Assembly (NCBI RefSeq): GCF_002571385.2
Contig: NW_019217845.1
Coordinates: 227,452-291,451 of the forward strand
Direction of reading: 5' to 3'
Source: Stylophora pistillata
Lineage: Eukaryota
Length of the DNA: 64,000 nt
Shown here: positions 57,930 through 64,000 of the stretch, in pieces
How the letters are laid out: each line of letters starts with the position of its first letter
How positions within the stretch are numbered: position 1 is the first letter of the stretch
Translations under genes and position numbers: made by a program
The notes under the pieces: model-generated
Seen by the model: only the letters and a program-made list of their open reading frames with translations
Told to the model about the DNA's origin: nothing
The model's database searches: none

Positions 57930-60915
57930 TTAGGTTTCCTTCTGTTTCTCCCACTGCGCAGGTTTCATTGTTTTCAGAGTCAGTGCGTGAATAGTCTTCA
58001 ATTCCTCCGCTAAGCAATCATTCACCATTCGATGCTGGGCCAGAAGAGGTTTCCCTTCAAATTTGTCAGAAACAATGACTACTGAGAACTTTCCTCCACA
58101 ACCATCTGTTAGGTCAACCACTTCCTTTATTTATAAAAAAAATATATATATTGTAATGCTCATAAAATAAGATTTCTTCCAAGGTATTAAGCCTTAAAAC
58201 CTGCAAATTTTTCTTTGCTCCAGGCTGATCACAAGAAAATTTCTCCTGAATCCTTTCAGCACCCAGGAGTGACCAAAAATGAATTTCTCCTTACAATTAT
58301 TGATACAGTAAATTCAGACTAAGACACAAAAATTAAATGTATTACTTATTTCTTTGTTTAAAACCATCACCCATACTTCATTTTGCATACAGTTTTTTGA
58401 AAATAGTAAATTGAACAATGAAAAAACAAAACACTACAACAGGGTTGAAGATAGGAGACGTTAATTTCCCACGCACGAGATTACTGTGTGATGGATGTCC
58501 TCCCCTNNNNNNNNNNNNNNNNNNNNNNNNNNNNNNNNNNNNNNNNNNNNNNNNNNNNNNNNNNNNNNNNNNNNNNNNNNNNNNNNNNNNNNNNNNNNNN
58601 NNNNNNNNNNNNNNNNNNNNNNNNNNNNNNNNNNNNNNNNNNNNNNNNNNNNNNNNNNNNNNNNNNNNNNNNNNNNNNNNNNNNNNNNNNNNNNNNNNNN
58701 NNNNNNNNNNNNNNNNNNNNNNNNNNNNNNNNNNNNNNNNNNNNNNNNNNNNNNNNNNNNNNNNNNNNNNNNNAGTTAAAGCATGAAGTGTTACGCTATA
58801 CTATGATTACTTTTATCATGTCAAGCCGAATTATGTCTGCAATTTGATTGGTTCTTTTTTTCCGATCTCTTGGAGGACAGACAACAACATGTGGATGACA
58901 ACATTATTGACCGTTCTTTTGCTTCTCTTTTGAACTTCTAAGATCGGTACACAAACGCCTTTTCACAGGAAGATAGAACAGTCCTTAGATTGCAAAATAA
59001 ATGTTGCAACAGCAGACATCTAAAGTTTTTCTTTTTTTTTTAGGGCAATTTTCAAGCTGAATGCCTTTTGTTTTATACATGATGTTGAATTTTTATGGAA
59101 TTTTTGTATACTAATGTTATCAATTATTGTTTGTAAATAATCTTGGATTGTTATTAAACAAAGTGTGTATCCATGAGTTTTTCTTGGATTTTTACTAGAC
59201 ATTTTGACACATTTTTTTTTCTCAATTTTTAAGCATTTTATCATAATTTTGTAAATATTTAGTGATTATAGTGAATAAAGGTCTACAATTTTTCTTAATG
59301 TTCTTTTGCTTCTTTATTATACAAACACACAAATTCCATTTTACCGTTGGTCTGTTCAGATCACAGGAGACGTCCAAATTGGTAAGAACATCAGTTACAC
59401 ATTTGGCTGTGCCTCGTGTGCCACTTCTTTGTTCTTACCACATTTGACATTGTCTGTCACTGAATAGACACATGGCAACATGGAATCTTTTTGTAAATCA
59501 GACTTCCTATGGACTCTGAAATAGAAAAGTGTCATTAATGTTTACTCAAGTGTCTCACCTGGCCATCCCCTCTTTCTCTTGCATTCACTTTCCTGTCAGC
59601 TTCTTCCCGCTCACTTCGTTTATAGTCATCCTCTCCTTTGACCTCATTGTCTTTGCCTTCATTTTCTTCATCATCTTCTTCCGCCTCCTCTTCACTTTGC
59701 TTTGTTAAATCACAAAAATAGTACTAACAGTTAATTAAACAAATTGATTTTAATCTAAGAGAAAATGTAAAACTTCCATTAGTGATTTCGTAAAATTCTA
59801 ATAAAAATAGTGATCATTGATAGTTATAGTGATAACAGAACAACTACTTGCAGCAATTANNNNNNNNNNNNNNNNNNNNNNNNNNNNNNNNNNNNNNNNN
59901 NNNNNNNNNNNNNNNNNNNNNNNNNNNNNNNNNNNNNNNNNNNNNNNNNNNNNNNNNNNNNNNNNNNNNNNNNNNNNNNNNNNNNNNNNNNNNNNNNNNN
60001 NNNNNNNNNNNNNNNNNNNNNNNNNNNNNNNNNNNNNNNNNNNNNNNNNNNNNNNNNNNNNNNNNNNNNNNNNNNNNNNNNNNNNNNNNNNNNNNNNNNN
60101 NNNNNGCATGATTTCAAAATCACAAGTATGATTTCAGACCAAAATTGCATGACACGAGGTTCAATTACCACTTTATTACATCCATTTTGAAGTCGCCCAA
60201 ATACAGGAGTTAGTCAATTCAAATATTTTACTGATGCAGTACTGAGCCAGTTTTTTAAATAAAAAAACGGAACCAGAAACGCTTTTACATCTTATTTTGT
60301 ATGCAAAACAGAAAGACTTTGACGTCATGTGTCAAAAACTCAGTCAAGCATAAAATGCTGCAATTTAGAGCAAAAAATGGTGCAATATTTGTGAATAAAT
60401 CGCACCAATTAGAGCCAATCAGATTACAGGAACCACCAGTGATTTCAAAATGGATGTAATAAAGAAGCATAATGAAAATCATAGAGAATAAACATATTGG
60501 TTTTGGTGAACTTTACAGTTTGCAAGTCAGTTCCTTGGCAGACTTAATCGACAGTTAATGGGAGGTTGAGGTAAATGAAATACCAAATTCGCCACATAAC
60601 TCCTCTCTATGTATAGAGTTTCAAGATGCTTTACAGTTCATCGTATTAGGGAACATTTTGAATGATCGAATGCTTATTTGAAGCAATTTCTTTCTAAGTT
60701 TTCTAAACTGAAATCGAATTCATCTTGTGAACTATACAGCAGGAAGAGATCAATGCTAATGGTAAAATAATTCCTTGAAATAAAAATTACCCCTTAATTA
60801 ATAGAGAGTAACCGAAAAAATTATGTGAAAATTATTTAAATCTTCTCACCACGTGAATAGGATTTAGCTCCTTTTGAAGCTTTTCCTGTAGAAACTCACA
60901 ACTGATGCCGCTCAT
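57930..60915 (-). CDS. BOLA2: BolA-like protein 2 (exons 60915-60850 and 58124-57930)
   Basis: Spliced product MSGISCEFLQEKLQKELNPIHVEVVDLTDGCGGKFSVVIVSDKFEGKPLLAQHRMVNDCLAEELKTIHALTLKTMKPAQW..., with BolA motifs GCGxKF, FEGKPLL.xHR and IHAL; phase-0 GT-AG intron. Confidence 0.9.
59559..59699 (-). CDS. Acidic 47-codon exon-like segment inside the BOLA2 intron
   Basis: Open frame QSEEEAEEDDEENEGKDNEVKGEDD...GDGQ; acceptor aag, donor gtgag; phase 0/0. Confidence 0.5.
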
Positions 60916-61399
60916 GTCGCGTTGTCGGACCAATAAAGGAATCCGCGTGAGCCTACATGACATTGTTTCTTACATGAAGATTTCACCCAGCTCTCCGCTG
61001 ATTAATTATACTGGAGGCGTCTAGCAAAGTCTGAAGAAAGGTCTGAGGGAACTGAACGATAAATTTGAGTCGGAAGTTGTCCAAAGTTTAGGCTGAAAAA
61101 TGGGAAAGAAACAGCATCAGAAGGATAAACTGTAAGTGTAATTGCTTAGGGATTTCATTGTATTGCTTTTAGTGGAAAAAAGAAATATTAGAGCGTTCAC
61201 CCTTACGTTGAGAACGATAGAATCTGCTGGGGATGATCATAGAAATTATATTTGAGGTTTGATTTTGTTTTCTGTTTATTATTTCAAGGTATTTGACTAA
61301 CAAGGAATGGAGAGAAGAATGGGGTGGGAAGAAGGCAGGTAAGAAATTATACTGGTGACGTCGGCAAACAAATGCCTCGCGAAAAAATTTTTTTCTCGC

Positions 61400-61960
61400 G
61401 AGTGACTTCAGCATTTTTCATTAAAAAAAAACGGGAAAAACTTCCACAAAAAAGTTAAAATAGACATGGCAACAAGCGAACAAGCCGATGAAAATCTGCC
61501 TACTCTTTCTTTGGGAGTGGATTTTTTAACTCCCGAGAAAGAACTCAGAGAAAAGGAAAACAAAACAATAACGCCGGTTTCATCTCCTTTCGCAACTCGA
61601 ACTTCATTTCCACGCATGAATTCACCTGTCAGTTTTTGACCAGTCTGAGACAAGGTCATTGAAGCATAGCGAAATACTTATCCGAATCAAATAAATAAAC
61701 AACACATTGAAGAGAGGAGAGGGAATTTCTGCCCTTTATACATAAACTACAGCATTGAAAATGTTATAAAACGATTGGTTCATACGTCAGCTGTGTGTTC
61801 ATCGGGATATGAAGCACTTGGGAAGTTTGGAGAGCACTCAAGAAGCTAGAGTTGCTCTCGGCTATGCCTTGGGAAACTCTTGCGCATCTTTCGTGCTCTC
61901 CAAACTTCCCGCGTGCTTCATATCTCAATGAACGCATGCTGACGTATGAACCAATTGTTA
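61400..61960. mobile_element. Crypton-like remnant followed by a palindromic hairpin element (61770-61960)
   Basis: Short frame MATSEQADENLPTLSLGVDFLTPEKE; inverted arms ttggttcatacgtcag...gggaagtttggagagcac / gtgctctccaaacttccc...ctgacgtatgaaccaa. Confidence 0.5.
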
Positions 61961-63849
61961 ATTTGAGACATTACCTTCATTGTTTCCCCTCAATTTTTGG
62001 GGAGCCATTTCCTTACCTACGTACTCTAAAGCATTCACTCATGGGTTTTGTCCCTGGGGTATTCTAATTCTGCAAATATGTTGAAGATGCTCAAGGATGA
62101 GGACTGTACCATATGTTTACAAATGACTTTGGAATCTGTCAAGGAACCAACATGGGCAAGCCGATAAGGGTGCTGGATTTCAACCTAGTCATTGGGGGTT
62201 CAAACATAGGTGGTTACTTTATAATGGTCTATATCAAAGAAAAACGATAGAAATCTTTAAAAAAATGTGTGATGGTTTTAAATAAAGAAATAAGCAATGC
62301 ATTTAATTTTTGTATCCTGGTCTGACTACTGTAACCATTTTTTAAACCCAAGATGTCCCTGAAAAAGCAAGTTTTAGAAGGTTGCCATTCTATTGCTGTA
62401 GGTTAGTTGATTTCATTGTGTTTTTGAAACCTTTTTATTTTTAATAGTAATTGAAAGTTATGATAATTAGTTTTACCTTAAAGTATTGTTTACTAATAAG
62501 TAGCCTATATACAGTAAAATATTTTCAGGGCTCAACACTAAATTTTCAACTTACTAGCCAAGTGGCTAATTTAGATATTACATCAATTTCAGTTTGTTTA
62601 CTAGCCAAACTGGCGTGTGGAAATCGAAAACCACCAGGCAAGACTGAATTTATACTAGTCTGTGGCTAGTTGGCTACTGTTAGTGTCCAGCCCTGTAATT
62701 TATAAGCTGGTTTTACCCTCTTCATAAGATATTAGCTGAAATGTCAATTCCAGCCAGGTTGTGAAAGAGAAACAATGAGATTAGGAAATTATACATGGAT
62801 TCTACAGATCAGAAGTTTGAAATACAGTACTAAGCTAATGGATGTAATAATTATGCAAAGTAGAGTTCAAGATTTTCTGTAAGTTATGAAATGGTAGACT
62901 AATACTCATGGTCTTAAAATAACTGAGGAGAATTTACTACCTTTCTATAATATCAAGAAATGGACAGATATTCTAGCCTTCTCGGATAAGGACAAATAAA
63001 CCATAGGCCCCATCTCCTGCAGGGTTAGGGGTAGGAGACGTTAATTTCCCACGCACAAGATTACTGGGGGGTGGATGTCCTCCCTGGGGTGGCATGAGTG
63101 GGTGTTACAGGGCCCCATTTAAACCAGCTATGCTGAACTGGGCTACCCTGTCTCAATATTCGCAACTTCTACATATTCATGACTACTACCACTTCTTGCT
63201 TGATTAGCACAAAAAACTTGAATTGAAATAATTGCTTCTTTTCATTATTGCCAGAACATGCCACTAGAGGATATTATTGTTTCAAGTGAGAAAATAACTT
63301 TCTTTCTGTGAAATAAATATTCAGCAAGTCCTGAAGTAGACAAAAAAAATTATCAGTGCATTTGGAAAAGTTCAATTTATTTTCTGGTTGGTATAATATT
63401 TTGTAATTCAAATTTTTCTCTATCAACAACGAAAAAGAGAAGCATTTTGAGTTTTCATTTTCTGTCCTTCCAGAATATCCAATATGGCAACAAAATGAAC
63501 AGGAAGGAAAGTCAATTTAGGCTAAAAAAAATTGTAACCAGACTGCAATCACTATGTACATTAAATTTTGGACAGGAAAATGAGTAATTTTCATTGGGTA
63601 TTCATTAACTCTTTAACTCCTAAAGGTGACTAGCATTTAACTTCTTCTAACAATATCACCCCTGAATCACACATTAATGGTCACGAGAATATAGGAAATG
63701 ATCAGCAACTAAAGAAGCTCTATTGTTAAACAAATTCTCATCTGTGCCTAAGGAAATGGATAGAAAACAGTATGGAGAAAATGTCTACTGATATTAAGGT
63801 GTAAAGAATTAACAGCTTCCTTTATCTCATGAACACAAAATCAACTAAC

Positions 63850-64000
63850 CTCTTTGTCACTAGCACTATGCTCTGTGTGGGACCCTGAAGATTCTGTCCC
63901 TGTTGTGTATTCATCACTGTCTGTTTCTCCTTCGCTCTCGTCTTCACTTTCCTCATCAGAACCAGATACGTTTTCTTCTTTCGCATCTTCACTCTCAGCA
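63850..64000 (-). CDS. Partial acidic, Ser-rich exon of an unidentified gene extending beyond the window
   Basis: Open frame AESEDAKEENVSGSDEESEDESEGETDSDE...SDKE followed by donor gttagt. Confidence 0.55.

Overview
Eukaryotic, AT-rich, intron-containing animal genomic DNA. The repeat families (TTAA-type MITEs, palindromic Crypton-like elements, Penelope hammerhead termini, tRNA-SINEs) suggest a stony coral or other anthozoan; this is an inference. There are five N-gaps. Left: a 23+-exon two-pore channel gene (TPCN1, + strand, about 4.2-20.5 kb). Right: BOLA2 (- strand, 2 exons) and an acidic exon of a further gene. Between them lies a co-oriented (- strand) array of five orphan genes for disordered proteins, each with all or nearly all of its CDS in one exon. 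Four of the five end in a CaaX prenylation box (CTVM, CHIL, CCVM, CSIM). In each of these four an acidic-[W/F]xxV, ATG8-interacting (LIR)-like motif sits 34-45 aa from the C-terminus. The N-terminal payloads differ: MARCKS/AKAP12-like polybasic SF[RK]R repeats in one, about 16 EB1-binding SxIP motifs in another. In the SxIP gene a single in-frame TAG separates the SxIP body from the LIR-like/CaaX tail. This cluster is the best candidate for an undescribed system; its function is inferred from short motifs only.
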